A stretch of 64,000 nucleotides of DNA. It comes from Candidatus Limnocylindria bacterium (GTDB lineage: Bacteria; Chloroflexota; Limnocylindria; Limnocylindrales; CSP1-4). The notes under the pieces were generated by a model. The model was not told the origin of the DNA and made no database searches. It worked only from the letters and a program-made list of their open reading frames with translations. The position numbers and the translations under genes were made by a program. The stretch covers positions 30,349 through 94,348 of the forward strand of contig DATLDP010000078.1 in NCBI GenBank assembly GCA_035525825.1. The letters are read 5' to 3'. Of the stretch, positions 1-9,822 are shown in pieces (positions within the stretch are counted from its first letter, which is position 1; each line of letters begins with the position of its first letter).

Positions 1-1784
1 ATGGCCTCGGTGAGCGGTCCGCCACCGCGCGACCTCGCCACCTCCACCAGTCGCGAACCGGGGTCCTGCCGGCCGGCGGCAGGCTTCGCGGCGAGGGCCT
101 CCACCGGAATCGCGACGCCACGTTCGCTGGTGAGGGCGGCGATCTCACCGCGCGGCAGCACCAGCGCCCGGCCGAGCCCGGCGAGGGCCGCGTCGACCGC
201 AGCCTTGAGGCTGGGCTCCACGATCAGGCCGTCGCCGATGGATCGGCCGCCACGGGCACGAGCAGCGCGGCTGAACCCGCTGCCTTCGGCCGCATCGTGG
301 GCGCGGCGGGCATCGGCGAGACGGGCAGCGATTGCCGAGAGGGTTGCCCGGGCTCCACCGGCGCGGTCCGCGGCGACGCGTGCGGCCGCCTCGGCCGTCG
401 TGAGGGCCTGCTGGGCGGTCTCGCGAGCCGCGCGCGCCTCGACCTCCGCCGCCATCGCCCGCTCCATCGCGGCGACCGCAGCGGCGCGCTCCGTCTCGGA
501 GGCCGCGCGCCGCTCCGAAGCCGCCGCCGCGCGGAGGGTTTCGTCGGTCGCGATCCGCTCGGCGTCGGCCGCTCGCCGGCGGGCCGCCGCTCCCTCCTCG
601 GCGCGTGCCGCCTCGAGGCGCCGGATCGCGGCGGCATCGGCGGCCTGGAGCTTGGGATCCGGCTCGGCGGCCGCGCCGCTGACCGCGGCGGCGAGATCGG
701 CCTCGACGCCGGCGAGCTCCTCCTCCAGCGGCGCGGGCGCCGGCGGCGTGGGCTCGGCGAGGATCGCCCTGGCGGCGGCAAGCTCGGCATCCGCGGCTGC
801 CCGTCCCTCCGCATGGCGGGTTCGCTCCCGCGCCGCGGCCTCGAGGTCGGAGCCATTGCGGCCCTCCCGGAGCTGGAGGGTGGCCCGCTCGGCGCGGGTC
901 CGGTCGAGGACGCTTCTCGCCTCAGCCTCGGCGGTCGCCTGACCGCCGAGGGCCGCGCCCGCCTCGGTCATCGCCCGCTCGTGTTCGAGCAGCTCCGCGT
1001 TGGCCGCGTCAAGGCCCGCACGGGCGGTGGTCACTGCTGCCGCCGATGATGCGGCCCGGGTCGCGGCGTCGTGCCAGCGCCCGTGGGCGGAGAGGAGGAT
1101 CGCGCTCGCGAGCTCGTCCGCCGCGGACCGGCGACTCGCCTGCTGCTCGGCCTGCTGGCCGAGGCGGCGGGCCTGGGGCCGGAGCTCGGCGAGAATGTCG
1201 TCCACGCGGGCGAGATTCGCCTCGGACTCGACGAGCTGCTCCTCGGCCCGGCGCCGGCGCCGCTCGTGCCGGCGGACGCCCGCGACCTCCTCGAACAGCG
1301 GGCGCCGCTCTTCGGGCCGGAGCGCGAGGGCCTGGTCGACCATCCCCTGGCCGATGAACAGGAACGCGTTCTCGGCGATGTGCCCTGCATCGAGCAGGTC
1401 CACGAGGTCCTTGAGCCGGACCCGCTGGCGATTCAGGAGGTAGTCGTTCTCGCCGGATCGGTACAGGCGCCGACCGAGCTCGACCACCCCGTAGTCGACG
1501 GGCAGCAGCCCGTCGCCGTTGTCCAGGGTCAGCTGGACGTCGGCCATGCCGACGGCGGGTCGCTTCTCGGAGCCCGCCCAGATGACGTCCTCCGACTTCC
1601 GGGAGCGGAGCGCCCGACCCTGCTCGCCCAGCGCCCAGCGCAGCGCGTCCGCGAGGTTGCTCTTGCCCGAGCCGTTGGGCCCGACGACCGCGCTGATCCC
1701 CGGCCCGAACTCGACGTGGGTCCGATCCGCGAACGACTTGAAGCCCTGGAGGCGGACCGTCAGCAGGCGCGCCGGCTTCGTCAC
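1..1784 (-). CDS. smc: Chromosome segregation protein SMC, N-terminal part (gene runs off the window start)
   Basis: My translation of the minus strand from GTG at 1784 gives VTKPARLLTVRLQGFKSFADRTHVEFGPGISAVVGPNGSGKSNLADALRWALGEQ (SMC N-terminal Walker A). GTGA overlap with the rnc stop. Absent from the ORF track because it is truncated at the window edge. Confidence 0.8.
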   Translation of the reverse strand, partial: MTKPARLLTVRLQGFKSFADRTHVEFGPGISAVVGPNGSGKSNLADALRWALGEQGRALRSRKSEDVIWAGSEKRPAVGMADVQLTLDNGDGLLPVDYGVVELGRRLYRSGENDYLLNRQRVRLKDLVDLLDAGHIAENAFLFIGQGMVDQALALRPEERRPLFEEVAGVRRHERRRRRAEEQLVESEANLARVDDILAELRPQARRLGQQAEQQASRRSAADELASAILLSAHGRWHDAATRAASSAAAVTTARAGLDAANAELLEHERAMTEAGAALGGQATAEAEARSVLDRTRAERATLQLREGRNGSDLEAAARERTRHAEGRAAADAELAAARAILAEPTPPAPAPLEEELAGVEADLAAAVSGAAAEPDPKLQAADAAAIRRLEAARAEEGAAARRRAADAERIATDETLRAAAASERRAASETERAAAVAAMERAMAAEVEARAARETAQQALTTAEAAARVAADRAGGARATLSAIAARLADARRAHDAAEGSGFSRAARARGGRSIGDGLIVEPSLKAAVDAALAGLGRALVLPRGEIAALTSERGVAIPVEALAAKPAAGRQDPGSRLVEVARSRGGGPLTEA

Positions 1785-2542
1785 CCGACGGCCTCCTGCT
1801 CCGTGCTCGCGTCGCTCGCTCCGAGCTCCGCGGCCTCGCGCTCCGCGGCCTCGCGCGCCCCGAGCACCGCGACCGCCTCGGCGGCAGCAGCGGTCTCCGC
1901 TGCGCGTCGCGACCTGCCCACCCCCATGCCGAGCACCTCCCCGGCGACGGACACCTCCACCCGGAAGATCTTGTCGTGGTCCGGCCCGACCGCCTCCAGG
2001 ACGCGGTACGCGGGCCGGCCTCCACTGGCGCGCTGGGTCGCCTCCTGCAGACGGCTCTTGGGGCTCTTGAGCAGGACCGGCGGCAGCCCCGCGTCGAGCT
2101 CGGCGGCGGCCACGTGCAGCATCCAGTCGCGCGTCGCGTCCCAGCCGATGTCGAGGAGGAGGGCGCCGGCGAGCGCCTCGAAGCCGGAGGCGAGGATCGA
2201 CGGTCGCTGCGGCCCGGCCCGGCCGGCCTCGCCCTCGCCAAGGGACAGGAAGGCGCCCAGGTCGATTCGCTCGGCGAGCCCTGCGAGCCCCGTGGCGCTC
2301 ACGATCGCGGCGCGCCGGGCGGAGAGGACGCCCTCGTCATCGTCGGGGTGGCGGGCATACAGCGCCTCGGACACGGCGAGGTTGATCACGGCATCGCCGA
2401 GGAACTCGAGGCGCTCGTTGTGCCCGGCGGCCTCGCCGGGATGCTCGTGGAGCCAGGAGGTATGGGTCAGCGCCTGGGCCAGCAGGCGCCGATCCCGAAT
2501 TGGGAGACCGAGCTGCTCGGCGAGGAGGTCGGCCCGGTCCAC
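1781..2542 (-). CDS. rnc: Ribonuclease III
   Basis: 253-aa ORF containing the RNase III signature ERLEFLGDAVI and a dsRBD-like C-terminus. Conserved rnc-smc arrangement. Confidence 0.9.
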   Translation of the reverse strand: MDRADLLAEQLGLPIRDRRLLAQALTHTSWLHEHPGEAAGHNERLEFLGDAVINLAVSEALYARHPDDDEGVLSARRAAIVSATGLAGLAERIDLGAFLSLGEGEAGRAGPQRPSILASGFEALAGALLLDIGWDATRDWMLHVAAAELDAGLPPVLLKSPKSRLQEATQRASGGRPAYRVLEAVGPDHDKIFRVEVSVAGEVLGMGVGRSRRAAETAAAAEAVAVLGAREAAEREAAELGASDASTEQEAVG

Positions 2543-2584
2543 GTTCCCGGCTGGGTGGCGCTCGAGCCGACGAGCGGTCGAGGT

Positions 2585-2821
2585 CTAGGTGTTGCGCTCG
2601 TCGATGTATTCGACGGCGTCGCCGACGGTGCGGATGCGCTCCGCGTCCTCGTCGGAGATCTCGGTCCCGAACTCCTCCTCGAGGCTCATGATCAGCTCGA
2701 CGAGGTCGAGGGAGTCCGCGTTCAGGTCGTCGACGAAGGACGCCTCGGGCTTGACTTCTTCCTCGTCGACGCCGAGCTGCTCGACGACGATCTTCTTGAG
2801 TCGGTCGTAGGTGCTGGCCAC
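2585..2821 (-). CDS. acpP: Acyl carrier protein
   Basis: 78 aa: [18 protein letters not shown]...[20 protein letters not shown] (DSLD phosphopantetheine site). GTG start with a GGAGGAGAG SD upstream. Confidence 0.9.
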   Translation of the reverse strand: MASTYDRLKKIVVEQLGVDEEEVKPEASFVDDLNADSLDLVELIMSLEEEFGTEISDEDAERIRTVGDAVEYIDERNT

Positions 2822-3315
2822 TGGCTCTCTCCTCCGGAGCTGGGTGTCTGGTCGGCTTCCATCTCGCGAGCGATCCGCCCGAGGACGCCATTCATCAGGC
2901 GTCGCATCGGGTCACCACTGTACGTCCGGGCAAGTTCGACCCACTCGGCGATGGCCACCCGGGCCGGCGTCGTGGAATATAGCACCTCGCCGATCGCACA
3001 ACGGAGCAGCGAACGGTCCATCCGGGCCAGCTGGACGACCGGATACTGGGGCGCGCTGACCTCGATTCGGGCGTCGATGCGGAGGCGATGCTGGACCACG
3101 GCACCGACGATCCCGCGCGCCAGCTCGCCGGCCGCCGGGTCTGCCTCGACCTCGGCCAGGGCCCGCTCGAGGACGGCGGTCGCCGTCCGCTGGCCGAAAT
3201 CCGCCTCGAACACGGAGGACAGCGCAACCCGCCGCCCGGCGCGAAGGGAGCGGATCCGGTCCGATGGCGCGTCGGGCGCGGCGGGAGCGGGCTTGCGGGG
3301 CACCGGCCGCGCCAC
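2722..3315 (-). CDS. nusB: Transcription antitermination factor NusB; its 3' end apparently overlaps acpP by about 100 nt
   Basis: [15 protein letters not shown]...[16 protein letters not shown]...[12 protein letters not shown] aligns to NusB. Candidate GTG start at 3315 overlaps the asp23 TAG. The unusually long low-complexity C-terminal tail may be spurious. Confidence 0.7.
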   Translation of the reverse strand: MARPVPRKPAPAAPDAPSDRIRSLRAGRRVALSSVFEADFGQRTATAVLERALAEVEADPAAGELARGIVGAVVQHRLRIDARIEVSAPQYPVVQLARMDRSLLRCAIGEVLYSTTPARVAIAEWVELARTYSGDPMRRLMNGVLGRIAREMEADQTPSSGGESQWPAPTTDSRRSSSSSSASTRKKSSPRRPSSTT

Positions 3316-3722
3316 TACGAGCCGACGCCGTCGACGAGGACCGTGACCTCGCGAACCTCGAGACCCAGCAGGCGTTCGACCGCCCGCCCGACGGCGTCGC
3401 GGACGAGCCGGCCGGTCTCGGCCAGATCCGAGCCGGGGCGGGCAATGATCCGAAGCTTGACGCTGACGCCCTCCGCGCGGACGCGAACCATGATCGGGGG
3501 CCCGGCGAGGTAGGCGCGCCATGGCGGACCGCGGCGTGCGACGCGGAGGACCTCGGGGACCTCGAGGGCGGCCAGCCGAGCGACCTCGACGATGACGCCG
3601 CGCCCGACGGTGAGGTCCGGCGCGACGGGCGCGTGATCGGGTCCCGGGTCCAGCGCGAAATCGTCCGAGGCGTCGTCGTCGCCATCGAGGACCACGACGT
3701 CGGGCCGATCGGCCACGCTCAC
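3315..3722 (-). CDS. Asp23/Gls24-family (alkaline shock protein-like, YqhY-like) protein
   Basis: 135 aa, DUF322-like sequence. GTGA overlap with the plsX stop. Asp23-family followed by nusB is the conserved yqhY-nusB arrangement. Confidence 0.7.
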   Translation of the reverse strand: MSVADRPDVVVLDGDDDASDDFALDPGPDHAPVAPDLTVGRGVIVEVARLAALEVPEVLRVARRGPPWRAYLAGPPIMVRVRAEGVSVKLRIIARPGSDLAETGRLVRDAVGRAVERLLGLEVREVTVLVDGVGS

Positions 3723-4825
3723 GTGGCAGCGCCGGGGGGCGTCACATCCGTCGCGGGCCCAGCTGCTGCTCCGCCCGTTGCCGCATCCGAGACCTGCAGC
3801 CTCCCGAGTGCGTCCTCGCGCAGCGCGTCGGCGATCAGCTGGGGGACGCCGGTCCGTGCCGTGTCCGCCGCGACGGCGCAGGCAAAGCCGATCATCCGTC
3901 GCCGCGCCCGGCCGTGGGTGATGATCACGGCGCCCTTGACGCCGAGGAGCGGCGAGCCGCCCGCGGTCTCGTAGTCGAAGACCTTCCGGATCCGTCCGAT
4001 GCCCGATCGCATCAGCAGATACGCGAGCTTGCCCCGGATCCCCCGCCGGAACTCCTCGCGCCAGAGATCGAAGATGAACGCCGAGAGCCCCTCGAAGAAC
4101 TTGATCACGACGTTGCCCGCGACGGCATCGGTGACCACGACGTCGGCGTGGTCCGTCGTCAGGTCCTTGCCCTCGACGTTGCCGATGAAGTTGAGGCTGG
4201 ACGCGTCCAGCAGCTCCGTGGCCCGGGCGATCCGGGCGTCGCCCTTGCCCTTCTCCTCCCCGATCGACAGGAGCGCGACCCGCGGGTTTGGCACGCCGAC
4301 CACCCGCTCCGCGAAGATCGTGCCCATCCGGGCGTACTGGAGCAGGTTCTCGGGCGTGGAATCGGGGTTGGCGCCGATGTCGAGGAGGACGAAGGGGCGG
4401 CCGGCTCGAATCATCTGGACGGCGAGGGCCGGCCGATCGACGCCCGCGAGCCGCCCGATTCGGAGCACCGCGGCGGCCATCGCGGCCCCGGTGTGGCCGG
4501 CGGTCATCACGGCATCCGCGCGCCCGGAACGGACGAGGTCGCAGGCGACCGTGATCGAGGCGTCCTTCTTCTCGCGCAGCGCGAGGGCCGGGTGCTCGTC
4601 CATCTCGATGACCTGGCTCGCGGCCACGATCTCAACGTTGGACGGGAGCGGCCGGGACGGCGCGGCTGCCTCGATCCGCGCGGGATCGCCGACGAGGAGG
4701 ACGCGGTCCTCGGGATGGGCGATGGCGTGATCGATGGACCCCGGAACGATCTCGGTGACGCCGTGATCACCGCCCATGGCGTCGACCGCGAGCCGGATTC
4801 CCCGGTGGCCGGCGCCGTTGCTCAC
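3719..4825 (-). CDS. plsX: Phosphate acyltransferase PlsX
   Basis: 368-aa PlsX-like sequence directly downstream of rpmF, the classic rpmF-plsX pair. Confidence 0.9.
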   Translation of the reverse strand: MSNGAGHRGIRLAVDAMGGDHGVTEIVPGSIDHAIAHPEDRVLLVGDPARIEAAAPSRPLPSNVEIVAASQVIEMDEHPALALREKKDASITVACDLVRSGRADAVMTAGHTGAAMAAAVLRIGRLAGVDRPALAVQMIRAGRPFVLLDIGANPDSTPENLLQYARMGTIFAERVVGVPNPRVALLSIGEEKGKGDARIARATELLDASSLNFIGNVEGKDLTTDHADVVVTDAVAGNVVIKFFEGLSAFIFDLWREEFRRGIRGKLAYLLMRSGIGRIRKVFDYETAGGSPLLGVKGAVIITHGRARRRMIGFACAVAADTARTGVPQLIADALREDALGRLQVSDAATGGAAAGPATDVTPPGAAT

Positions 4826-4826
4826 C

Positions 4827-5033
4827 CTACTGGGCCTGGGGGGTGTCTTCCTTCGGAGCCTTGATCTCGAGCACGGGACGGCCGCCGTAGTAGCCGCAGT
4901 TGAGGCAGGCCCGATGGCTGCGCTTCGGCTGGTGGCAGTGCGGGCATTCCTCGAGCTGGGGAAGCGTCAGCGCCAGATGCGAGCGCCGTTCGCCCTGCCG
5001 AGCGTGGGAGACCCTGCGCTTGGGCACGCCCAT
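4827..5033 (-). CDS. rpmF: 50S ribosomal protein L32
   Basis: MGVPKRRVSHARQGERRSH...CPHCHQPKRSHRACLNCGYYGGRPV, the L32 zinc-ribbon. Confidence 0.9.
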   Translation of the reverse strand: MGVPKRRVSHARQGERRSHLALTLPQLEECPHCHQPKRSHRACLNCGYYGGRPVLEIKAPKEDTPQAQ

Positions 5034-5157
5034 GGTGAGTGCTGCTCCTTTCGATGCGCGACCGCCGGTTGGCGGCCGAGCCGCGCGTGCGTGAGCGCGA
5101 GGTTGTCATTCGGGATGGGTCCGGGAGCGTCGCGGCTCCGGGGACCGAGCGCGGAGT

Positions 5158-5715
5158 CTACTCGCTCTCGTCTTCGCCGTCGACCCGAAAGCCCTGCAGC
5201 GCGGCCAGCCGCGGGTCGATGTTGTCCTCCGGATGGGCGACATGGCCGGGTCCGAGCCGCTCACCGCAGACGACGCACAGGCCGGGGCAGTCCGGCTCGC
5301 ACAGCGGGGCGATGGGCTCCAGCAGTGAGATCGCCTCGGCGACGAGCGCGCCCAGGTCCAGCTCGTGGTGGTCCGAGAGCCGCGCGATGTCCGGCTCGAC
5401 CTCGAGTCCGATGGGGTGTCCATTGCCAACGTCGACCGAGGGCAGCGCCTCTTCCCGGAGCTCGACCGTCGTCGGGATCTCGATGTCGCGGAGGCACCGG
5501 GAGCAGCTCCCGGCGATGGCCGTCGACAGGGTGGCGTCGACGAGCACGCCACGGTTCGTGCGGGAGATCCGCATCCGGCCCTCGAGGGGCTCGACGAGGC
5601 GAAGGTCGTCGAGCAGGCGGATGGTGGCGCCATGGATCTCGTAGTGCCGGTCCGATCCGGCCGGCTCGGACAGGAGGCCCGCCAGCGGGTAGACGAGCGG
5701 TGCGGGCGCGGTCAT
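5158..5715 (-). CDS. DUF177 / YceD (YlbN) family protein
   Basis: Conserved C-terminal CxxC...CxxC (CEPDCPGLCVVCG). Position immediately upstream of rpmF as in ylbN-rpmF. ATGA overlap with the upstream gene. Confidence 0.8.
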   Translation of the reverse strand: MTAPAPLVYPLAGLLSEPAGSDRHYEIHGATIRLLDDLRLVEPLEGRMRISRTNRGVLVDATLSTAIAGSCSRCLRDIEIPTTVELREEALPSVDVGNGHPIGLEVEPDIARLSDHHELDLGALVAEAISLLEPIAPLCEPDCPGLCVVCGERLGPGHVAHPEDNIDPRLAALQGFRVDGEDESE

Positions 5716-6305
5716 CGCGGGACGGTCTGGCCCGCGTCCTCCTCGCGCAGGAAGAGCTCGTCCTCGCTCGCCTCTGGCCAAGCATCGACGTCCTTCGCGG
5801 CGGCATCCATGGCCTCGGGTTCCGCGGGCACGGCCTCGGCTTCGTCGCCGCGGAGCTCCGCCTGGCGGATGTCCAGGACCTCGATGCCCTTCTCGATCCC
5901 GGCGAGGGCCTTGCGGACCTCCGCTTCGAGGCTCTCGAGAATCTGGGCGGCGTAGGAATCGGCCCCGAGGCGGATGTTGTCGGCCGCCTGCATCGCCTCG
6001 GTGACGATCTGGCGACCCTCGGCCTCCGCTCGTTCCGTCAGGCCCCGCTCCCCGATCAGGAAGGTCGCCTGCTCCTGGGCCCGGGCGTTGATCCGGCCGG
6101 CCTCGTCGTTGGCCTTTTCGATGATCCGCTCGCTCTCGGCATTGATCCGCTTGGCGGCGTGGATCTCCTCGGGCACGGCCACGCGCAGCTGGTCGATCAA
6201 ATCGAGGATGGCGTCCTTGTCGACGAGGACCTTGCGGGTCCGGGGAACGCCGGTGCCGGTCGCGATCTGCGACTCAAGCCGCTCGAGAAGGAACATGATG
6301 TCCAC
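5712..6305 (-). CDS. Coiled-coil protein, possibly DivIVA-domain/ATP-synthase-b-like (function uncertain)
   Basis: 197 aa, highly helical and charged, acidic C-terminus. Sits between coaD and DUF177, where actinobacteria carry a DivIVA-like coiled-coil gene. Confidence 0.5.
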   Translation of the reverse strand: MDIMFLLERLESQIATGTGVPRTRKVLVDKDAILDLIDQLRVAVPEEIHAAKRINAESERIIEKANDEAGRINARAQEQATFLIGERGLTERAEAEGRQIVTEAMQAADNIRLGADSYAAQILESLEAEVRKALAGIEKGIEVLDIRQAELRGDEAEAVPAEPEAMDAAAKDVDAWPEASEDELFLREEDAGQTVPR

Positions 6306-6372
6306 GCGGCCGGATTATGGCACGCGCGGCCGTCGCAGCGCGGGCGCCGGCGTGCTCGGCGCGAGGACGTGC

Positions 6373-6867
6373 TCAGCGCGGGCGAGGCAGCGCGCCGAGC
6401 GCCGTCGCCGCTGCGGGCGGGACCATCGACGAGATGTCGCCGCCGAACTGGGCGATCTCCTTGACCAGGCTGGAGCTGACGTAGCCGTTCTGGACCGCGG
6501 TCATGAAGAAGACCGAGTCGACGTCGGCGGCGAGCGCCCGGTTGTTGTGGGCGAGCTGGAGCTCCATCTCGAAGTCCGAGATCGCGCGGAGCCCGCGGAC
6601 GATCGAGCGGGCGCCGTGGACGTGCGCCGCGTCGACCGTCAGGCCGTCGAACGTGGTCACGGAGGCGCGCCCGGGGTCGATGCCGGCCTCGCGGATGGCC
6701 GTCTCGAGGACTGCAACTCGGGTCTCGGCCGGAAGCAGCGGCGACTTGCGGGGGTTCGCGAGAACGGCGACGACGACCTGGTCGAACACGGCGAGCGCCC
6801 GGGCGAGGATGTCGAGATGGCCGTTCGTGACCGGGTCGAACGAGCCCGGGTAGATCGCGACGCTCAT
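6373..6867 (-). CDS. coaD: Phosphopantetheine adenylyltransferase
   Basis: MSVAIYPGSFDPVTNGHLDI... ATG at 6867 verified in the sequence. ATGA overlap with the rsmD stop. Confidence 0.9.
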   Translation of the reverse strand: MSVAIYPGSFDPVTNGHLDILARALAVFDQVVVAVLANPRKSPLLPAETRVAVLETAIREAGIDPGRASVTTFDGLTVDAAHVHGARSIVRGLRAISDFEMELQLAHNNRALAADVDSVFFMTAVQNGYVSSSLVKEIAQFGGDISSMVPPAAATALGALPRPR

Positions 6868-7520
6868 CGGTCCTCCTGCCCCTCGGGGGCGGCGACCCAG
6901 CGGTAGAAGGTCAGGGTCGTGTCGCCGAATCGGAGCGCTCGGCCGGATCGTAGCAGCCCGAACTCGGCGCTCGGCGGGGCCTTCTGGAAATGTTTGGCGA
7001 CCACGACGCCGTCGCTGGCGAGCACGGAGCCCGGGCCTCGCCCGCCGATTCGCTCGAGGGCCCGCTCGAGGAGCTCCGGCCGGTCGTAGGGCGGGTCCAC
7101 GAGGATCGCGGCGAAGCCACGCGCCGCCTCGGGCTCGGCCAGCCACGCGATCGCGTCCCCCTTGACGAGCCTCGCCCTGAGGCCGAGGAGGCTGGCGGTC
7201 CGGAGATTCCGCTCGATCGTCTGGAGCGCCGCCACGTGCTGCTCGACGAAGACCGCGTCGGCTGCGCCGCGGGAGAGGGCCTCGATCCCGCCGGCGCCGC
7301 TGCCCGCGAACACGTCCAGGAACGACCGGTCGCGAACCTCCGGCTCGAGGATCGCGAAGAGGCTCTGCTTGACCCGGTCCCCGAGAGGCCGCGTCCCGGC
7401 TCCCGGCGCGGCCAGCCGCCGCCCGCGCGCGGCGCCCGAGATGACCCGACCCGCGCCACCGGGGGCGGTGGGGCTTCGCGGAGCCCGCGCCGGCCCTGGT
7501 TGGCGACGGCTCTCCGTCAC
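6864..7520 (-). CDS. rsmD: 16S rRNA (guanine966-N2)-methyltransferase RsmD
   Basis: Contains ...LDVFAGSGAGGIEALSRGA...ILVDPPY motifs. rsmD-coaD synteny (ylbH-ylbI). Confidence 0.85.
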   Translation of the reverse strand: MTESRRQPGPARAPRSPTAPGGAGRVISGAARGRRLAAPGAGTRPLGDRVKQSLFAILEPEVRDRSFLDVFAGSGAGGIEALSRGAADAVFVEQHVAALQTIERNLRTASLLGLRARLVKGDAIAWLAEPEAARGFAAILVDPPYDRPELLERALERIGGRGPGSVLASDGVVVAKHFQKAPPSAEFGLLRSGRALRFGDTTLTFYRWVAAPEGQEDR

Positions 7521-9820
7521 GCGGCGCCCGCGGGCTCGGCCGCGGCCACCCGTGCAAGCCAGCCCGAGGTGAGCTCCCGGGCGAGGCGCTCGTGCCCGGA
7601 CCGGAGCTCACCGCGCTCGTCCAGCGCCGCCTCCGCAGCGGCCCTGGCTCGAACGGCCAGCTCACGATGATCGTCGCGCTGGAGCGAGGCCACCCGGAGG
7701 CGGGGCAGGCCGCTCTGGACGAGACCCAGCACGTCGCCTTCGCGGCGCAGCTCCCAGTCCTTCTCCGCGAGCTCGAAGCCGTCGCGGATCTCGGCGACTG
7801 CCTTGAGCCGCGCCTGAGCCGTCTCATCGGCGGAGTCGGAGACCAGCACGCAGAACGACGCCGCCTCGCCGCGCCCGACGCGTCCCCGGAGCTGGTGCAG
7901 CTGCGCGAGCCCGAATCGGTCCGCCCCCTGGACGATCATCATCGTGGCCTCGGGAACGTCGACCCCGACCTCCACGACCGTCGTCCCGACGAGCACGTCG
8001 AGATCGCCATCGCGGAACCGGGCCATCTCGGCATCGCGGTCGGCGGCCTTCATTCGGCCATGGACCAGCCCCACCCGCAGGGGCGCGAGCGCGTCGCGAA
8101 GGCGCACCACCTCCGCCTCGGCAGCCGGCGCCGAGGCGTCCCAGAACCCGACGGGTCCGGCGTCGCCACCTGCCCGGCCGTCGGGCTCGTCGGCGTCCTC
8201 CGCCTCGTCGATCAGCGGCACGACGACGAACGTCCGGTGGCCGGCCCCGGCCTCCTCGCGGACCTTCTGCCAGGTGCCCTCGAGCTCGTCGGGTCGGCGA
8301 AGGCCGGTCCGGATCGGCAGCCGGCCCTCGGGCGGCGTCCGGAGGTTGGAGACGTCGAGGTCGGCGTAGAGGACCTGGCCCAGCGTTCTCGGAATCGGCG
8401 TGGCGGTCATGAGCAGGACGTGCGGCGCCCGGCGGCCGCCGGCCTTCGCCTCCAGCTGGCCGCGCTGCTCGACCCCGAACCGGTGCTGCTCGTCGATCAC
8501 GACCACCCCCAAGCCCGCGAACGCCACCCGGTCCTGGATCAGGGCGTGCGTGCCGACGACGACCTGGGCCATGCCCGACGCGACCAGCTCGAGGGTCCGG
8601 CGGGTCGCCGCCGCGGGCATCGAGCCGGTCAGGACCTCGACGGGCAGTCCGACGTCTTCGAGCAGCGAGGTCAGCGTCCGGTGATGCTGGCGGGCGAGAA
8701 GATCGGTCGGCGCGAGGAGCGCGCCCTGCAGGCCGGCGCGGGCCGCCGCCGCCAGCGCATACGCGGCCACCGCGGTCTTGCCCGAGCCGACGTCGCCCTG
8801 GAGGAGGCGCAGCATCGGGGTCGGCCGTTCGAGGTCGGCGCGGATCTCGCCCATCGCCGAGGCCTGGTCTGGCGTGAGCGCGACGTCGCGGCCCAGCTTC
8901 CGGCCGATCGATCCAGTGAGGGCGGCGTGGAGCTCACGGTCGGTCGCGTCGTCGACGGGGATCGGCCGCGCCGCGTCGCGCCCGCGCTGCCGCCGGCGCC
9001 CGACCATCCCCACCTGCAGCGCCAGCAGCTCATCGAAGGCAATCCGGTCCAGTGCGGCGTCGCGGCCCTCGAACGTTGCGGGGTAGTGGGCCTGCTCGAG
9101 CGCCTCACCGATGGGCGCCAGGTGCTCGCCGTCGCGGAGCTCGCCGTCCAGGTATTCCGGGTAGTCCCGACCGGCCTTGTCGAGCGCGTCCCGGATGGCG
9201 ACGCGGAGGCGGTTCGCCGTCAGGCCCGCCGTGAGGCGATACACGGGCACGATCCGGCCCACGTGGAGGAGCTCGTCGTCGCGGCCCTCCGGCTGGAAGT
9301 CGGGGTTGTCGAGGGTCCGCTTCCGGCCGAAGTGCTTGAGCTTGCCCGAGACGATCACGCGATCGTCGACATGGAGCCGCCGCTCGATGTAGCGCCGCCC
9401 GAACCACGTCGCCTCAATCGTGCCGGTGTCGTCCTCGAGCACGGCGATGGTCCGCTGGACGCGCCGTCGGAACGACGCCTCCACCCGGACGTCGACGACC
9501 CGCGCGCGGGCCGAGACCACCTCGCCGTCCTCGAGCCCGGCGAGCTCCCCGAGCTTGCGCATCTCGCGGAGGTCGTCGTATCGCCGGGGCAGGTGGAAGA
9601 GCAGGTCACGGACCGTGGTCAGGCCGAGCCGGCGACCGACCCGGCCGAGGATCGGGGCGGCCGGGAGCCCGGACTTCGCGAGCTGGGCCTCGAGGAGGGC
9701 TGCGCCGGTCGGCGGCGGGACCGGGGGCGTCTTGGGGGTGCGGGTTGCGCTCGCGGCGGGGCGCCCTGGGCTCGCCGTGGGACGACGTGGACCGCGGCTG
9801 GCGGACCCTCGCTCCCCCAC
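7517..9820 (-). CDS. recG: ATP-dependent DNA helicase RecG
   Basis: 767 aa with a wedge domain and helicase motifs (GDVGSGKT, DEQHRFG). Confidence 0.9.
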   Translation of the reverse strand: MGERGSASRGPRRPTASPGRPAASATRTPKTPPVPPPTGAALLEAQLAKSGLPAAPILGRVGRRLGLTTVRDLLFHLPRRYDDLREMRKLGELAGLEDGEVVSARARVVDVRVEASFRRRVQRTIAVLEDDTGTIEATWFGRRYIERRLHVDDRVIVSGKLKHFGRKRTLDNPDFQPEGRDDELLHVGRIVPVYRLTAGLTANRLRVAIRDALDKAGRDYPEYLDGELRDGEHLAPIGEALEQAHYPATFEGRDAALDRIAFDELLALQVGMVGRRRQRGRDAARPIPVDDATDRELHAALTGSIGRKLGRDVALTPDQASAMGEIRADLERPTPMLRLLQGDVGSGKTAVAAYALAAAARAGLQGALLAPTDLLARQHHRTLTSLLEDVGLPVEVLTGSMPAAATRRTLELVASGMAQVVVGTHALIQDRVAFAGLGVVVIDEQHRFGVEQRGQLEAKAGGRRAPHVLLMTATPIPRTLGQVLYADLDVSNLRTPPEGRLPIRTGLRRPDELEGTWQKVREEAGAGHRTFVVVPLIDEAEDADEPDGRAGGDAGPVGFWDASAPAAEAEVVRLRDALAPLRVGLVHGRMKAADRDAEMARFRDGDLDVLVGTTVVEVGVDVPEATMMIVQGADRFGLAQLHQLRGRVGRGEAASFCVLVSDSADETAQARLKAVAEIRDGFELAEKDWELRREGDVLGLVQSGLPRLRVASLQRDDHRELAVRARAAAEAALDERGELRSGHERLARELTSGWLARVAAAEPAGAA

Positions 9821-9822
9821 CC

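Noticed and set aside
1-2588. Long plus-strand ORFs 1..942, 297..1049 and 1071..2588 and Arg-rich minus ORFs 224..856 and 1009..2241
   Set aside because: Ala/Arg/Gly/Pro-rich low-complexity translations antisense or out of frame to smc and rnc. They are typical spurious open frames of about 70% GC DNA, and the real smc gene occupies this region.
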